The notes: generated by a model not told the origin, from the sequence alone. A stretch of 64,000 bases of DNA from Deltaproteobacteria bacterium (GCA_016234855.1 JACRNO010000060.1:9595-73594); one strand, 5' to 3'; shown: positions 25,991 through 37,017, counted from the first letter of the stretch. A program made the numbers and translations.

Positions 25991-26653
25991 TTATTCCGCA
26001 GAGGCTTTATACTGCTTATGATACCGCGAGACGCGCTTCACATAATTGCGCGTCTCGGCGTACGGCGGCACCGAACCGTATCTGAGAACGGCGTTTTCTC
26101 CGGCGTTATAGGCGGCGACCGCCAGTTTGACGTCATAGGAGAATAGTTTGAGAAGATATTTGAGATAACGTATCCCTCCGTCTATATTCTCTTCGGGGTT
26201 GAAGACGTCGCTTACGCGATAGAGTTTAGCGGTATCCGGCATCAACTGCATAAGCCCCTTTGCGCCGGCGGTCGAGACGGCGTTGGCGTCAAAATCAGAC
26301 TCGGCCTTTACTATGGCCTTGGCAAGCAAAGGGTCGACGCCGTGCTTCAACGCGCTCCTGTTGATAATCTCGTCGTAGTTACCGCGTGAATACGTCTTGT
26401 CGGGGTGATAGACCGTCCCCTTCTCGCGCATCATCCAACGGTAATTCGCCGAGACCGGCACGTTGGTGAAATGTATCACCCCGGCCCGGTCGGTAAAACT
26501 GTAAAAATCGGCCCTAACGGCCGCGGCGGAGAAAAGGACCGCAATGGACGCCGCTATGAATATCCCCGATAACTTCATCTCTAACCACCCACAATAATAA
26601 AACCGGTCACGGCCGGAAGGACGCGCCAACGCCTTATATCCGTTCATACGCAT
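25991..26653 (-). CDS. Lytic transglycosylase domain protein (SLT family)
   Basis: Signal peptide plus SLT motifs ESDFDANAVSTAGAKGLMQLMP and AYNAGENAV. Confidence 0.75.
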   Translation of the reverse strand: MRMNGYKALARPSGRDRFYYCGWLEMKLSGIFIAASIAVLFSAAAVRADFYSFTDRAGVIHFTNVPVSANYRWMMREKGTVYHPDKTYSRGNYDEIINRSALKHGVDPLLAKAIVKAESDFDANAVSTAGAKGLMQLMPDTAKLYRVSDVFNPEENIDGGIRYLKYLLKLFSYDVKLAVAAYNAGENAVLRYGSVPPYAETRNYVKRVSRYHKQYKASAE

Positions 26654-26709
26654 GAGAAAAGGCCGCGCCTGCCGCGCGTATTGATTCTACCACGTATTTA
26701 GAGTCTACA

Positions 26710-28515
26710 ATGTGTTCTGCAAAAGGGCAAGTATTTTTATCACAAAAACCCGGATACGCGCATATTTTACGCCTGGCGCATGAAAGCGGGCCGCCAACTC
26801 ATACACTGTTGACAAAGACGCATATATGGCATATCGTAACTGTAACCCTGCTTAAGACGGAGAAGATATTGGAGATAAAGAGCGATTTCCTCGTTATCGG
26901 AAGCGGCATAGCGGGCCTGAGCTTCGCGCTCAAGGCCGCCAGCCACGGCACCGTAACCATACTCACAAAACGGGAGGTCCGCGAATCAGCCACCTTTTAT
27001 GCGCAAGGCGGCATCGCCTCGGTCACGAGCATGGAAGACACCTTCGAGGCGCATATAAAGGACACGCTCGACGCGGGCGCGGGGCTGTGCGCCAGAGACG
27101 TCGTCGAGCTTGTGGTGCGGGACGCGCCCGCGCGCATCCATGAACTTATCGAGCGCGGTGTGAACTTCACGTCCAGACAGACAGGGACAGGCATTGAACT
27201 CGACCTCGGCAGAGAAGGAGGGCATTCGAAAAGACGCATCGTCCACGCCGCCGACCTTACGGGCAAGGCCGTTGAAGACGCCCTCGTCAGCGAGATATTG
27301 GCTAACAAGAACATCACGGTCTACGAGAACCACATCGCCATCGACCTTATCCCCCACTCCAAATTCGTCAAAACGAAAACGCCTGAGCCCGGCGCCGAGA
27401 CCGTCTGGGGCGCCTACGCGCTGGACAAGACCACAGGCTCGATTCATGCCTTTGTTGCAAAGGCCACAATCATCGCCAGCGGCGGGGCGGGCAAGGTCTA
27501 CCTCTACACAAGTAACCCTGACATAGCCACGGGAGACGGCATCGCCATGGCATGGAGGGTCGGGGCCGAGATATCCAACATGGAGTTCATACAATTCCAT
27601 CCCACGTGCCTGTATCACTCAAAGGCCAAGAGCTTTCTTATCTCCGAGGCCGTGCGCGGCGAAGGCGGCATATTAAGGCTCTCCAACGGCGAGCCGTTCA
27701 TGAAAAGACACCACCCGATGGCCGACCTCGCCCCGCGCGACATCGTGGCCAGGGCCATAGACTACGAGCTCAAAAAGAGCGGCGACGACTGCGTCTATCT
27801 CGACATCAGCTTCAAACCGCCGGAGTTCATAAAGACCCGATTCCCGAACATACACAAGAAGTGCCTTGAGTTCGGCTACGACATGACTACGACGCCCCTG
27901 CCGGTGGTCCCGGCGGCCCACTACGTCTGCGGCGGGATAAAGACCGGCATGGACGGCGCAACGAACATCAACCGTCTCTACGCCATAGGCGAGGCCGCGT
28001 CAACCGGCCTGCACGGCGCAAACAGGCTCGCCTCGAATTCCCTCCTCGAGGCCCTGGTATTCGCGGCCAGGGCGAGCAGCCACGCCGCAAGCCTTGCCGC
28101 GCTCACGGGCGTGCTGCCGGATATACCGCAGTGGGAGGCAGGCGAGTCCGTGGTCAGCGACGAGGCCGTCGTCATAACTCAGAACTGGGACGAGATACGG
28201 CGATTCATGTGGAACTACGTCGGCATCGTCCGCACCGACAAGAGACTTGAACGGGCGTGGAGGAGGATGACGCTCCTCAAAAACGAGATAAACGAGTACT
28301 ACTGGAACTTCACGGTCACGAACAACCTCATCGAGCTGCGCAACATCGCCACGATTGCCGAGCTCATCATCCGCTCGGCCCAGTTGCGCAAGGAGTCGCG
28401 CGGCCTGCACTACAACCTCGACTGGCCTGAGCGCGACGACGCCAACTGGCGCGTTGATACGGTAATCAAAAGGACGGACAGAGACGACGCAAGGCATGGC
28501 GGGAACGGGCGATAG
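26710..28515 (+). CDS. nadB: L-aspartate oxidase
   Basis: FAD-binding [15 protein letters not shown] and [15 protein letters not shown]...HYVCGGI...[16 protein letters not shown] match NadB. The likely real start is the TTG at 26869 (GGAGAAG SD at 26858-26864), because there is no ATG between 26710 and the Rossmann fold. Confidence 0.85.
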   Translation: MCSAKGQVFLSQKPGYAHILRLAHESGPPTHTLLTKTHIWHIVTVTLLKTEKILEIKSDFLVIGSGIAGLSFALKAASHGTVTILTKREVRESATFYAQGGIASVTSMEDTFEAHIKDTLDAGAGLCARDVVELVVRDAPARIHELIERGVNFTSRQTGTGIELDLGREGGHSKRRIVHAADLTGKAVEDALVSEILANKNITVYENHIAIDLIPHSKFVKTKTPEPGAETVWGAYALDKTTGSIHAFVAKATIIASGGAGKVYLYTSNPDIATGDGIAMAWRVGAEISNMEFIQFHPTCLYHSKAKSFLISEAVRGEGGILRLSNGEPFMKRHHPMADLAPRDIVARAIDYELKKSGDDCVYLDISFKPPEFIKTRFPNIHKKCLEFGYDMTTTPLPVVPAAHYVCGGIKTGMDGATNINRLYAIGEAASTGLHGANRLASNSLLEALVFAARASSHAASLAALTGVLPDIPQWEAGESVVSDEAVVITQNWDEIRRFMWNYVGIVRTDKRLERAWRRMTLLKNEINEYYWNFTVTNNLIELRNIATIAELIIRSAQLRKESRGLHYNLDWPERDDANWRVDTVIKRTDRDDARHGGNGR

Positions 28516-28545
28516 ACCCGCCGCCTGCTGCGCGCTTTCTCTGTG

Positions 28546-28692
28546 CCGTCAGGAGTTTCCTCCTGACGGCGGTACCCGGCGGATGGCAGGAGGAAACTCC
28601 CGCCATCACACTAATTTTCAGTCCCGTCAGGAGTTTCCTCCTGACGGCGGTGCCCGGCATATGGCAGGAGGAAACTCCCGCCATCACATTAA
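28546..28692. repeat. Two 69-bp direct repeats (78-bp period), each a double hairpin of the GTCAGGAG family (H2)
   Basis: CCGTCAGGAGTTTCCTCCTGACGGCGGT(A/G)CCCGGC(GG/AT)ATGGCAGGAGGAAACTCCCGCCATCACA(C/T)TAA at 28546-28614 and 28624-28692. About 94% identical. Confidence 0.7.
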
Positions 28693-28930
28693 AGCCCCCC
28701 CTCACTCCTGTCAATCCATTCACATCATACACATTATGAGCAAGCAGCCAGACGACAACCCGCCGGGATAAATTCGGTTGACACTGTCCGGCATTAAGTA
28801 TATCCTTCTATATATCCATATAACAATTTGAAGGTAGCGGCCAAAAAAACAGGACTTGCATCTCCTATTTTTTTTGCTGAACAAAGTTTAGAAGCATATC
28901 CTCCTAATATAGCTTAAAGGGATAGCCGCC

Positions 28931-30982
28931 TTGAAGATAAAGCATAAATTCCTCGCCGTATTTATCGTACTCATCCTCCTGTCGCTCATAGCAACGAGCT
29001 ACGTCAACTTCTCCATCACAGAAGACGCGGTAGTGCAAAACGCGCTCAGGTCGATGAGCAACGACATCACGCTCATCTCGGCCGACGTGGATGCATTCCA
29101 TGAAAAGGCCAAGAGCGAACTCGTATTCGGGATAGAATACCCCGTGTTCAAGGAATACTTTTCGCTGAGCGAGACGAGGGCCGGGAAGAAATACGACAAG
29201 AACAACGTCCTTCAATTCAGCCCCGCCCAAAAGAGGCTTAAAGACAAACTCGACGCATGGACGCTTTTCATACAGAGCAAATTCCCCATCGCCGAGACAT
29301 GCCTCATCGACGCCCACGGCCAGGAACACACAAGGATAACCTACGGCAAGACCGCCGAGGCCGACGACTACTCGCACGACGAGAGCGCGGCGCCTTTCTT
29401 TGCCCCAACGCTCAAGCTCGCCAAAGGTGAGGTCTACGTCCAATCGCCGTATATGTCCGCGGACGCAAAGAGATGGGTCTTCGCCTATACGTCTCCGATT
29501 GTCCTTGACGACGGCACCAAACCGGCCTTCTACCACTTCGAGATACCGCTTGAATACTTTCAAAAACTCCTCGAAGGCAAGCACTCGGGCAGAACCCTTG
29601 TCATAGACCAATCCGGCCTCATAATCGCGGACAGCAGAAATAAGATAGATACCGTTCTTAAGCAGACCGGCAATCCCAAGGGCGGCGAAGAGAGGCTCAA
29701 GGACTATCTACCCGCCGTCGGCGGCATATCCGGTGACGCAAAATTCGCGAATCTTATAGACAAAATGCTGGCGGGTTCCGAAGGGACCGGCGTCTTTGCC
29801 GGCGACAACGAGGATATGTATCTCGCCTATAAAAAATTGTCGACCTTCGGCTGGAGGGTCGTGCAGATAAAATCCTACTCCGAGCTTCTCGAAGGCTCGT
29901 CATCGCTCGGGGCCATTAAACAGACGATTGCCGTCAGCGCGGTCATCGCCGTGATTGCGGCCATAATCATCACGTTCATCGTCTCGAACAGGATAACCAA
30001 GCCTCTCCTTGCGCTAACGAACGCCGCCCGGCACGTGGCCGAGGGAGACCTGAGCGTCAATCTGCCCACGATAACATCGAGGGACGAAGTCGCAAGCCTC
30101 CAATACGCCATGCAGAACATGATGGACAACCTCAAAAAGATGATTTCCGAGATCGAGGGCATCTCCAACCTTGTAGACGAGGCAAGCGTTGAAATAAAGG
30201 CCAACACCGTGAACATGGCCAACGGGATGGAGGACCAGGCCAACAAGTCAACGCAGATAGCCACCGCCTCGGAAGAGATGTCCGTCACCATCAACGAGAT
30301 AGCGCGCAACACGACGTCCATAACCGAGACCGCCGTAACGGCGACAGCGCTCGCCCACAACGGCGAAGGTATCGTCGCAAAATCCGTTGAAGAGGTCAAA
30401 ACGATTGCCGTGATGGTCGAAGACCTCGCTCAAAACATCAAGACGCTCGGCGGCCGCTCGGAGGAGATAGGCAACATCATCGACGTGATAAACGAAATAG
30501 CCGAGCAGACGAACCTGCTCGCCCTGAACGCGGCAATAGAGGCCGCGCGGGCCGGAGAACAGGGCCGCGGGTTCGCCGTAGTCGCCGACGAGGTAAGAAG
30601 GCTCTCGGAGAGGACGGCCAAGTCAACGCTTCAGATAGACGGGATGGTAAAGGCCATTCAGAGCGAGGTCCAATCCGCCGTAAAGGCCATGTCCGAGGGG
30701 ACAAAAAAAGCCGGGGCCGGGGTCAGGCTCTCATTCGAGGCCGGAAAGGCGCTGGGCGAGATAGTAGAGAGCGTGAAAGAGCTTCACGTAAAGGTCGAAC
30801 AGATCGCCACCGCTACGAACCAGCTCTCCAACGTCTCTGAGCAGATAAGCACGGACATAGGGATGGTTGCATCCGTATCAAAAGACACGAAAGACGGCAC
30901 GGAGATAGTAATCGGCTCGGCCTCGAAACTCACGGAACTTTCCAAGACCCTTCAAAGCGCCCTCTACCGTTTCAAGCTATAA
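28931..30982 (+). CDS. Methyl-accepting chemotaxis protein with periplasmic Cache-like sensor domain
   Basis: 683 aa. TM1, ~270-aa periplasmic domain, TM2, HAMP, and the conserved MA signalling domain ([35 protein letters not shown]). TTG start. Confidence 0.85.
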   Translation: MKIKHKFLAVFIVLILLSLIATSYVNFSITEDAVVQNALRSMSNDITLISADVDAFHEKAKSELVFGIEYPVFKEYFSLSETRAGKKYDKNNVLQFSPAQKRLKDKLDAWTLFIQSKFPIAETCLIDAHGQEHTRITYGKTAEADDYSHDESAAPFFAPTLKLAKGEVYVQSPYMSADAKRWVFAYTSPIVLDDGTKPAFYHFEIPLEYFQKLLEGKHSGRTLVIDQSGLIIADSRNKIDTVLKQTGNPKGGEERLKDYLPAVGGISGDAKFANLIDKMLAGSEGTGVFAGDNEDMYLAYKKLSTFGWRVVQIKSYSELLEGSSSLGAIKQTIAVSAVIAVIAAIIITFIVSNRITKPLLALTNAARHVAEGDLSVNLPTITSRDEVASLQYAMQNMMDNLKKMISEIEGISNLVDEASVEIKANTVNMANGMEDQANKSTQIATASEEMSVTINEIARNTTSITETAVTATALAHNGEGIVAKSVEEVKTIAVMVEDLAQNIKTLGGRSEEIGNIIDVINEIAEQTNLLALNAAIEAARAGEQGRGFAVVADEVRRLSERTAKSTLQIDGMVKAIQSEVQSAVKAMSEGTKKAGAGVRLSFEAGKALGEIVESVKELHVKVEQIATATNQLSNVSEQISTDIGMVASVSKDTKDGTEIVIGSASKLTELSKTLQSALYRFKL

Positions 30983-30989
30983 TCAAAGT

Positions 30990-31240
30990 CAAAGCCTTTT
31001 GTCATTCCCGAGGTCTTAGTCGGGAATCCAGTACGCATGAAGATAGAAAAAACTGGATTCCCGCCGGAGACACGCGGGAATGACGTATATCCGTAGCTCA
31101 GGCCAACAGGTCTGATACTGCGCGTCCAGCGCCCGTTGTTCAGGGCTAAACCCTGAGCGACACAAAATGAAATGCGTGTAGTCCAGACAGGCAGTCTGAG
31201 CCTGCGCTACTACAACGGAACGTAATTAATCAGGACTTCC
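30990..31240. repeat. One-ended MITE-related mosaic element
   Basis: Right TIR TAATTAATCAGGACTTCC at 31223-31240. Internal modules: GTCATTCCCGAGG...GGATTCCCGCC...CGCGGGAATGAC (shared with 60600-60690), CAGGGCTAAACCCTGAG and CAGGCAGTCTGAGCCTGC hairpins. No left TIR seen. Confidence 0.5.
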
Positions 31241-31323
31241 CTAACGCCCGGCTTCAACCGCGCAGGTTTCCAACCGCTCCTGCGGCGGCAGGCCGCGGTG
31301 GAATGCATGCCGGAAAGTTCGCG

Positions 31324-32415
31324 CTAAACCTTAACGGGCGTGGCGGGCCTCGGCAGGCTCGGCAGATGAAAGCGCATGGTGACGACCGTTCCCTTGCCCG
31401 GTGTGCTCTCGACGGTTATCTCGCCGCCGTGGTCCTGGATTATCCTGTAGGCGATGGTCAGGCCGAGTCCCGCGCCCTGGAACTTCGAGGTCTGAAACGG
31501 GTTGAATATCGTGCGCAGGTCGTCTTTGCCCATGCCGCAGCCGTTATCGCTGACGACAAGCAGCATGGTGTTGTCAAAGGTGGGTTTTGTCTCTATCTTT
31601 ATCTCGCCCTTCTTTTCGATTGCCTCCACCGAGTTCTGCAGGACATTGAAGACGGCCACGCGAAGATTGCCCGCATCCATGTCCATGGGCGGAGGCTGGG
31701 GCATCAGCTCGGTCTTTATGGTTATCTCCTTGCCCTCGTTATCTACAAACTCCCCGGCGTCCCGCACGGCCCCGGCGATGACGTTGTTTATATCCCCTTT
31801 GACGAGCGTGGAGACGAGTATCGTCTTGTACTCGTCAACCCTGTGAAGCATGCGCTCCAAGCGCTCGACCGACTTTATGATGCGCTCGGCATACTCCCTG
31901 TGCTGAGGGTCCGTCTCGTGCTCGTAGAGCCTTCGCGCCATGCCGCCTATGGCGGTCAGCGGGTTACGCACCTCGTGGGCGATGCCGTCAACCATCTCGC
32001 CGAGAGCGGCCATCTTCTCGGTCTCGCGCAGCTTCGTCTGAAGGGCGCGCATCCTCAAGAGAGACTTGACGCGCGCCGCGACCTCCTGCAGGCTGTATGG
32101 CTTGCTGATATAGTCCTCCGCCCCGACCTCAAGACCGAGGACCTTGTCCTCGACCTCGGCCTTGCCGGTGAGCATGATGACCGGCAGATAGCGGGTCTCC
32201 TCCCTTGACTTCAATCGGCGCAGCGTCTCATAGCCGTCCATCCTCGGCATCATGACGTCAAGGATGATAAGGTCGGGCGCGAATATCGGCACCTTCTGCA
32301 GTGCCTCTATCCCGTCTCTGGCCTTCTCAACCTCGTAGCCTACCCGCTCGAACTTCGCGCTAAGGAGCACCAGATTGACATCCTCGTCGTCCACTATGAG
32401 AATCCTCGGCCTCAT
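31324..32415 (-). CDS. Hybrid response-regulator/histidine kinase (REC-HisKA-HATPase_c)
   Basis: N-terminal receiver domain (ILIVDDEDVNL...DLIILDVMMPRMDG), HisKA (GIAHEVRNPLTAI) and HATPase_c. Start overlaps the upstream TPR lipoprotein gene by 4 nt. Confidence 0.8.
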   Translation of the reverse strand: MRPRILIVDDEDVNLVLLSAKFERVGYEVEKARDGIEALQKVPIFAPDLIILDVMMPRMDGYETLRRLKSREETRYLPVIMLTGKAEVEDKVLGLEVGAEDYISKPYSLQEVAARVKSLLRMRALQTKLRETEKMAALGEMVDGIAHEVRNPLTAIGGMARRLYEHETDPQHREYAERIIKSVERLERMLHRVDEYKTILVSTLVKGDINNVIAGAVRDAGEFVDNEGKEITIKTELMPQPPPMDMDAGNLRVAVFNVLQNSVEAIEKKGEIKIETKPTFDNTMLLVVSDNGCGMGKDDLRTIFNPFQTSKFQGAGLGLTIAYRIIQDHGGEITVESTPGKGTVVTMRFHLPSLPRPATPVKV

Positions 32416-33344
32416 CTCGCACCCATCCCTGACAAAGCATCCCTCAACTTCCGATAAAAAACGCCCTTATCCATGTTACCGGCGGCCTCGTTGATTGAAA
32501 TAAGTCCGTCCAGGGCGAAGGCCGCCTCCCTCGCCGTGCCGGAAGCGCTCGCCACCGCATAAAGCCTGTTGAGCGAGAATAACGCATCTTCTGTACGCCC
32601 GATCTTCATCTGTAGAGCCGATATCGAGACAAGGTCGGCCGCAAGCCTTGAGTTGTCCCCTGCCTCGCGGGACGTCTCGTAGGCGCGCTGGTAATAATCG
32701 AGCGCGGGGGCGTCGCTGCCTTCGCGGATATCCGCCTCGGCCAGCGCCCTGTACGAGTTCGCCGTCTCCGGCGCGTCGAGCGCACCCGCGTTCAACCTGA
32801 GCGCGTCAACAAGGACGGACTTCGCCGCGGCCGTCTTGCCTGAGGCGACGAGTATCGCCGCCTTGAGGTTCAGCCGGCCGCCGCTCTTCACGCCGAGACG
32901 TTGGTCAATGGCCAGGGCCGCCTCGATATGCGTCCACGCCGCGTCATGATTTCCGGTCAGGTAATCGGCCTTGGCAAGCGTTGCATAGGCCTCGGAAAGG
33001 TTCTTGTCGTCTTTGAGGAGCTGAGCGAGCGGGACAGCGTCCGCGAGCCAGGCCCGCGCCTCAATGTAGCCGCCAGTGACGACGGCGACCCTCGCAAGGT
33101 TGATAAGGTCAAGGAGTTCGCCCTCGCGGTTGTCAACCGACCTGTCAAGCCTGAGCGCTTCGGCAAAGGCCGAGCGCGCGCCGGCGTAATCGCCGATGCC
33201 GTAAGCATCCACGCCCGCAGCCTTCATCTCGTCGCCTTTTATATGTATGGGGGACGCCTTCTTTTTATCAACTGAGGCGCATCCTGTCAAGACCAAAAAT
33301 ATCGCGGCCAGCGCCAATATGGATATGTGATAACGACGCGTCAT
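32412..33344 (-). CDS. TPR-repeat lipoprotein
   Basis: Lipobox LVLTGC after a signal peptide, followed by multiple TPR-like Ala-rich repeats. Overlaps the mlaD-like stop by 4 nt. Confidence 0.65.
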   Translation of the reverse strand: MTRRYHISILALAAIFLVLTGCASVDKKKASPIHIKGDEMKAAGVDAYGIGDYAGARSAFAEALRLDRSVDNREGELLDLINLARVAVVTGGYIEARAWLADAVPLAQLLKDDKNLSEAYATLAKADYLTGNHDAAWTHIEAALAIDQRLGVKSGGRLNLKAAILVASGKTAAAKSVLVDALRLNAGALDAPETANSYRALAEADIREGSDAPALDYYQRAYETSREAGDNSRLAADLVSISALQMKIGRTEDALFSLNRLYAVASASGTAREAAFALDGLISINEAAGNMDKGVFYRKLRDALSGMGAR

Positions 33345-34351
33345 TTCACGGCCTCCGGCTTGACATCCGGCATCAATGTGCCAGGCGGATATGCGTCGAG
33401 CGGGAGAAGCTCAGGACGCTTTACCGGCTCCGGCGCTGTCAGGCTCCCTACCCACCCTTCCCTGACGCCCTTTATAAGCCCCTTGCCCTCGCTGGCGGCT
33501 GCGGAAGCGTCCGTGATAATCCCGCTTATCCGGGGGGTCTCCTTTGCAAGGGCGTTGCTGAGCGTCTTTACGTTCTCCATTGCATGGTCAAGCTTGCCCA
33601 CGGCCGCGTTGGCCTTCTCAAGTATGCCGTCCACCTTGCCGGCCGCTGGCGCAAGCCCCTCACTCAGGGTCTGGAGGTTCTTGCCTGTCTTGACAAACGA
33701 GTCCATGGCCGGCGTGGCGCGCGCGTCAAGGTTTACAACGAGTTGATTTATCGAGCCTACCGTCCGGTCTATGCCGCTGCGCGTCTGCCTCAGCTCGGCG
33801 GTAAACTCCCTGATATTCGTAATCGACGCCTTGAGGTCTCCCTTGGGGTCGTTGACGTAATGTATGATATCGGCGACCTCCTTGAGTATGGGCTTGGCCC
33901 CCTCTACAAGGGCCTCGATGCCGCCGCTCTTGACAAAGCCTATCTCGTCGCCGTCCTCCAGCACCCGGCCGCCGTCACCGCCGAGGGCTATCTCGATGAA
34001 CGCGTCGCCTATGAAACCCTCCTTGCCGAGCCCGGCCACGGAGTTGCTGCGCACCCACTTCTCGTACTTCTTGTTTATCTCAAGGGTCACCTTCACGCTG
34101 GCCGCCTCGGTCAGGTCGATCTTCTTCACCCTGCCAATCTTGAAGCCGGACAGCTCCACCGGCATGCCGACCTTGAACCCGGCCCCGCTCGCGGAGGTGA
34201 AGTATATCTGGTATTTATGCGTGAAGATATCCTTCTGTATGCCGATAAAGACGATGATGACGATTATCCCGGCCACGGCGGCCGCCACCAGCGCCCCTAT
34301 CTTGACCTCGAGGCCTTTAAACCTTTTATCTTTATCCGTATTCGCCGCCAT
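33341..34351 (-). CDS. mlaD: MCE/MlaD-family substrate-binding protein of ABC transporter
   Basis: N-terminal TM anchor plus MCE domain (IYFTSASGAGFKVGMPVELSGFKIGRVKKIDL) and a long helical C-terminal extension. Confidence 0.8.
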   Translation of the reverse strand: MAANTDKDKRFKGLEVKIGALVAAAVAGIIVIIVFIGIQKDIFTHKYQIYFTSASGAGFKVGMPVELSGFKIGRVKKIDLTEAASVKVTLEINKKYEKWVRSNSVAGLGKEGFIGDAFIEIALGGDGGRVLEDGDEIGFVKSGGIEALVEGAKPILKEVADIIHYVNDPKGDLKASITNIREFTAELRQTRSGIDRTVGSINQLVVNLDARATPAMDSFVKTGKNLQTLSEGLAPAAGKVDGILEKANAAVGKLDHAMENVKTLSNALAKETPRISGIITDASAAASEGKGLIKGVREGWVGSLTAPEPVKRPELLPLDAYPPGTLMPDVKPEAVK

Positions 34352-34396
34352 TTACAAAAACCCCTGTGGATTATACGCATAACGCGGAGCTGTCCG

Positions 34397-35086
34397 TCAC
34401 GCGGATGCGCCGTCTTCGGTTATCCTGTTGTTTTCTATCCGCAAGACCCTGTCGGGCTTGACAAAGGCCGCGTCGAACTTATCGGTTGACGTGACCAGCA
34501 GCAGCCTGGAGCCCGCGCCGGCGTGGTAACCCAATATCAACTCGAACAAACGCGCCCTCTCACCCGAGGTAAGCCCGTCGCCGAGGTTCTCGCAGATGAT
34601 TATCTCCGGGTCAAGGGCGAGAGAGCGCGCGATTGCAATCTGTTTTTTTGCATAGTTCGGCAGCGGCCCGGGCAGCTCCCACGGGTCTCCGGTAAACCCG
34701 GTGGAATCCAGAAGGCTGCGCGCCTTCTTCATGGCCTCGTCATGCGGCATATCCGTGTGATAAAGGAGCGGCAGCGCGCAGTTCTCGATGACCTTGAGGT
34801 TGCTTATCAGGGCGTTATCCTTGATGATGAGCCCAAGCCTGCAGCGCAGGGCGTTCAAGGCGCCGGCATCCAGCACTGAGATATCGTGACCGAGGACGCG
34901 GACAGTCCCCTTGTCCGGGCGCTCAACGCCCGCAAGCCAATTCAGGAAGAGGCTCTTGCCGGAGCCAAGCGGCGCCGCAAGGAAAACCTTCTCCCCGTTG
35001 CCGAGACTCAGATTAACGTCTTCGAATAGCAGGCGTCCGTCGCCGGAATAGGCGTATACGTTGGTTAACTCGACAAGCGCCGGCAC
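34397..35086 (-). CDS. MlaF-like ABC ATP-binding protein with degenerate catalytic motifs
   Basis: ABC fold in which Walker A is APLGSGKS, the signature LSGGQ is replaced by LPNYAK, and Walker B is IIICEN (no catalytic D-E). Probably non-hydrolytic. Confidence 0.7.
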   Translation of the reverse strand: MPALVELTNVYAYSGDGRLLFEDVNLSLGNGEKVFLAAPLGSGKSLFLNWLAGVERPDKGTVRVLGHDISVLDAGALNALRCRLGLIIKDNALISNLKVIENCALPLLYHTDMPHDEAMKKARSLLDSTGFTGDPWELPGPLPNYAKKQIAIARSLALDPEIIICENLGDGLTSGERARLFELILGYHAGAGSRLLLVTSTDKFDAAFVKPDRVLRIENNRITEDGASA

Positions 35087-35114
35087 ATATCACCGCCTGG
35101 CCGCGGCAGCGGCC

Positions 35115-35936
35115 TTACATGTAGAATATCGAAGTTATAACCGCGTCCAGAAAGAAAACGGATGTGAGGCTCCGCATGACGGCGCGGGTCGTCACCTGCG
35201 GTATCTGCGTTATGCTCTTTCTCACGAGAAGCCCCTGATACGAGCACACAGCGCCTATTATAAGTCCGAAGACGGCGCTCTTCAAGAGCGAAACGGCTAT
35301 GTCAAGCAGCCCCATCGCCTCAAGCAGGCTTGCGAAGTATGCGTGAAAGGTAACGCTGCCGCCGAAACCGGCCAGCACGAAACCGCCCACGATGGAGACG
35401 GCCTCGAAACAGAAGGTCAGCACCATGACGCTTACCGCCGTGCCGATTATCCTCGGGGCCACGAGATAACGCACAGGGTCTATGCCCATCAACTCAAGGG
35501 CGGTAAGCTCGCGGCCTATCTTCATGCTCCCGAGTTCCGCCGCAATGGCCGTGCCGCTCCGCGCTATCACTATGACGGCGGCAAAGACAGGCCCGGCCTC
35601 CCTGATAACGACCCAGACGAGAATCTTTCCGACAAGGGATTCGCCTCCGAGCCCCGGCAGTATCGAGAGCGCCTGGGCGACGACCACAAAACCGAGGATA
35701 AGGGCTATCCACGAGATGATGGGCACGGCCTCGTAACCGGTGAAGTAGACCTGCCTGAAAAAAACGTCCACGACCACCCTGCGCCCGCGCTTCATCCCTG
35801 TAAAGGCGGCGCTTAGCGCATAGATGATAAGGCTCCATACGGAGGAGACCTCTCTGGCTCGCGCAAGCGCGGCGCGCCCTATATATCCGAAGAGATTAAT
35901 CAAATGACAGACCCCAATCCGGTTGTTAAAAACCAA
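35115..35936 (-). CDS. mlaE: MlaE-family ABC transporter permease
   Basis: Polytopic membrane protein with MlaE motifs (QVYFTGYEAVPII...VVIREAGPVFAAVIVIARSGTAIAAELGSMKIGRELTALELMGIDP). Confidence 0.85.
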   Translation of the reverse strand: MVFNNRIGVCHLINLFGYIGRAALARAREVSSVWSLIIYALSAAFTGMKRGRRVVVDVFFRQVYFTGYEAVPIISWIALILGFVVVAQALSILPGLGGESLVGKILVWVVIREAGPVFAAVIVIARSGTAIAAELGSMKIGRELTALELMGIDPVRYLVAPRIIGTAVSVMVLTFCFEAVSIVGGFVLAGFGGSVTFHAYFASLLEAMGLLDIAVSLLKSAVFGLIIGAVCSYQGLLVRKSITQIPQVTTRAVMRSLTSVFFLDAVITSIFYM

Positions 35937-35999
35937 TCCCCCGTCACCCCGCTAATAGGGGCGCCGGGGGATAATCAGTATATGGGTGAGCGCCTCTGT

Positions 36000-36755
36000 C
36001 TAAAACTCGGCCTTTAGCGCGGCGTAAGGGCCTTTAAGCGTGAATGCGCCGAGGTTATTATCCTTCTCAAAATGGAACTTCAAGACCCTGTATCCGCCGG
36101 AGACCGAAAGAAACGCCGCCAGTTTCATGGTGACCGCCGCCTCGGCGTCATAGAGGTACTTGTCCGAAGCGACCTTGGCGCCCGTAGCCTCGGCGCTGAT
36201 GTTTATCAGATACGGCAGCCCGACCTGAAAGAGAAACCCCATTGTCGGCACCGCCACCTTCATCGACTTCGACTCGTTAAGCCCGGCGGACGGGGCGTTT
36301 ATGCCGGCGCTTATATCGAAATACTTTATATCGAAGATGTAGCCGGCCTTGTTGTTGAGCTTATCGACGGCGTCGTACTCCCATCCGAGACGATGGTAGT
36401 TCACCTTCAACTCGGACGTAACCGGGGTCGAGGCCGAATAGGTCTTGCCGTTAAAAACGACGCTCCTGGATATGGTCGCGGCAGCGTTCCACTTGAGCGG
36501 CACAAAGGAGTACCTTATCTTGTTGGAGGCGTCGCCGAGCGAAGCGCGCACCTCCCAGAATTTCTTCTTCTTCTCGAAACCAAGGTCGCCGACCGGATCC
36601 AAATTCGTGCCGTCGGAAGAGCCGTTGGATATCCTTATCTTGCTGTCGAAAGAGGTGAACCAGTACCTGCCCTCGACTGCTACAAGGGCCATGGCGTCCG
36701 AGGCGGCAAGAACAGCCATGACCGTCAGCAATAGGGTTATCAGAGTCTTCTTCAA
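36000..36755 (-). CDS. Putative outer-membrane beta-barrel protein
   Basis: TTG start at 36755 after an AGGAGG SD gives signal peptide MKKTLITLLLTVMAVLAASDAMA. Alternating amphipathic beta pattern and a C-terminal aromatic residue (…ALKAEF). The track ORF is extended to 36854. Confidence 0.6.
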   Translation of the reverse strand: MKKTLITLLLTVMAVLAASDAMALVAVEGRYWFTSFDSKIRISNGSSDGTNLDPVGDLGFEKKKKFWEVRASLGDASNKIRYSFVPLKWNAAATISRSVVFNGKTYSASTPVTSELKVNYHRLGWEYDAVDKLNNKAGYIFDIKYFDISAGINAPSAGLNESKSMKVAVPTMGFLFQVGLPYLINISAEATGAKVASDKYLYDAEAAVTMKLAAFLSVSGGYRVLKFHFEKDNNLGAFTLKGPYAALKAEF

Positions 36756-37017
36756 ACGTATGCCTCCTGAAGGATACAGGTAACGGCGGGGTTGGAAGAT
36801 ATCCGCCGTTCCTTCAACAACACCGCGCCAACACAGCTCGTCACTTTCGCCCACAGGTAAGAAGGCCGGGGCAGGCCTTAACCTGCCCCGGCCTGAAGGA
36901 CATTATCCGGTCTGATTCAGGAAAGACAAACACCCATGCCTCAATCAGCGCATCTGCCCAATGCCATTGCCGTTACAAAACTCCCCGCCGTTAAAAAAAA
37001 CAGAGCGGGAATTGAGC

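Noticed and set aside
28546-28692. Possible CRISPR array
   Set aside because: Only two repeat units with a 9-bp spacer. Repeats are 69 bp and hairpin-rich. No cas genes. Same motif scattered singly elsewhere.
28466-28771. ORFs 28466-28732 (-) and 28496-28771 (+) with internally repeated peptide sequence
   Set aside because: The repeated peptides are simply translations of the two 69-bp tandem hairpin repeats, in intergenic DNA between nadB and the MCP gene.
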